From NCBI RefSeq assembly GCF_003704095.1, contig NW_020846005.1, forward strand, positions 620,001-684,000: DNA of 64,000 nt, read 5' to 3'. Shown here in pieces: positions 63,922-64,000 of the stretch. The first letter of the stretch is position 1; every line of letters begins with the position of its first letter. This stretch comes from Pocillopora damicornis (lineage: Eukaryota). A program made the position numbers and the translations under genes. The notes beneath the pieces were generated by a model. The model did no database searches. It was not told where the DNA came from and worked only from the letters and a program-made list of their open reading frames with translations.

Positions 63922-64000
63922 CTTGATAAGAAGTCTGGGCTGAAATGCTACTACATTGTTCACTTAATTGACAACTAGACCGGCAAAACAAAAGAGATAT

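Noticed and set aside
1-64000. CRISPR arrays, rRNA, operons and most short ORF-track calls
   Set aside because: No regularly spaced repeat-spacer arrays or rRNA motifs. Most 60-110 aa ORFs are intronic or antisense noise, or exon fragments of the genes listed.

Overview
Eukaryotic, AT-rich, intron-rich genomic DNA, most likely from an anthozoan cnidarian (a stony coral, judging by gene structures and repeat families; this is inference). From left to right it holds: a decayed Penelope-like retroelement; a Paraxis/Scleraxis-type bHLH gene; two tRNA-Gly(GCC) copies in a decayed tandem unit; a second group-A bHLH gene; ATG9, with a textbook AT-AC minor-spliceosome intron and an 18-nt microexon; an unidentified Cys-rich type I membrane protein, head-to-head with LCMT2/TYW4; an intronless class A GPCR nested antisense in an LCMT2 intron; an uncharacterised 127-aa protein and its frameshifted tandem paralog; a divergent K50 homeobox gene lacking the near-invariant Asn51; TRNT1 (CCA-adding enzyme); Ral GTPase; and CDK12/13. 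Several dispersed repeats carry minimal hammerhead-ribozyme-like motifs, all with mutations. The most notable observations are the N51K homeodomain, the U12 intron with a second branch-site/3' splice-site candidate, the mirror-image YY1/TISU-like elements that open tiny uORFs, the orphan protein pair, and the Ral-CDK12/13 adjacency shared with human. No CRISPR array, rRNA or prokaryotic system is visible. All gene models were built by eye from splice signals and homology recall, and none was database-verified.
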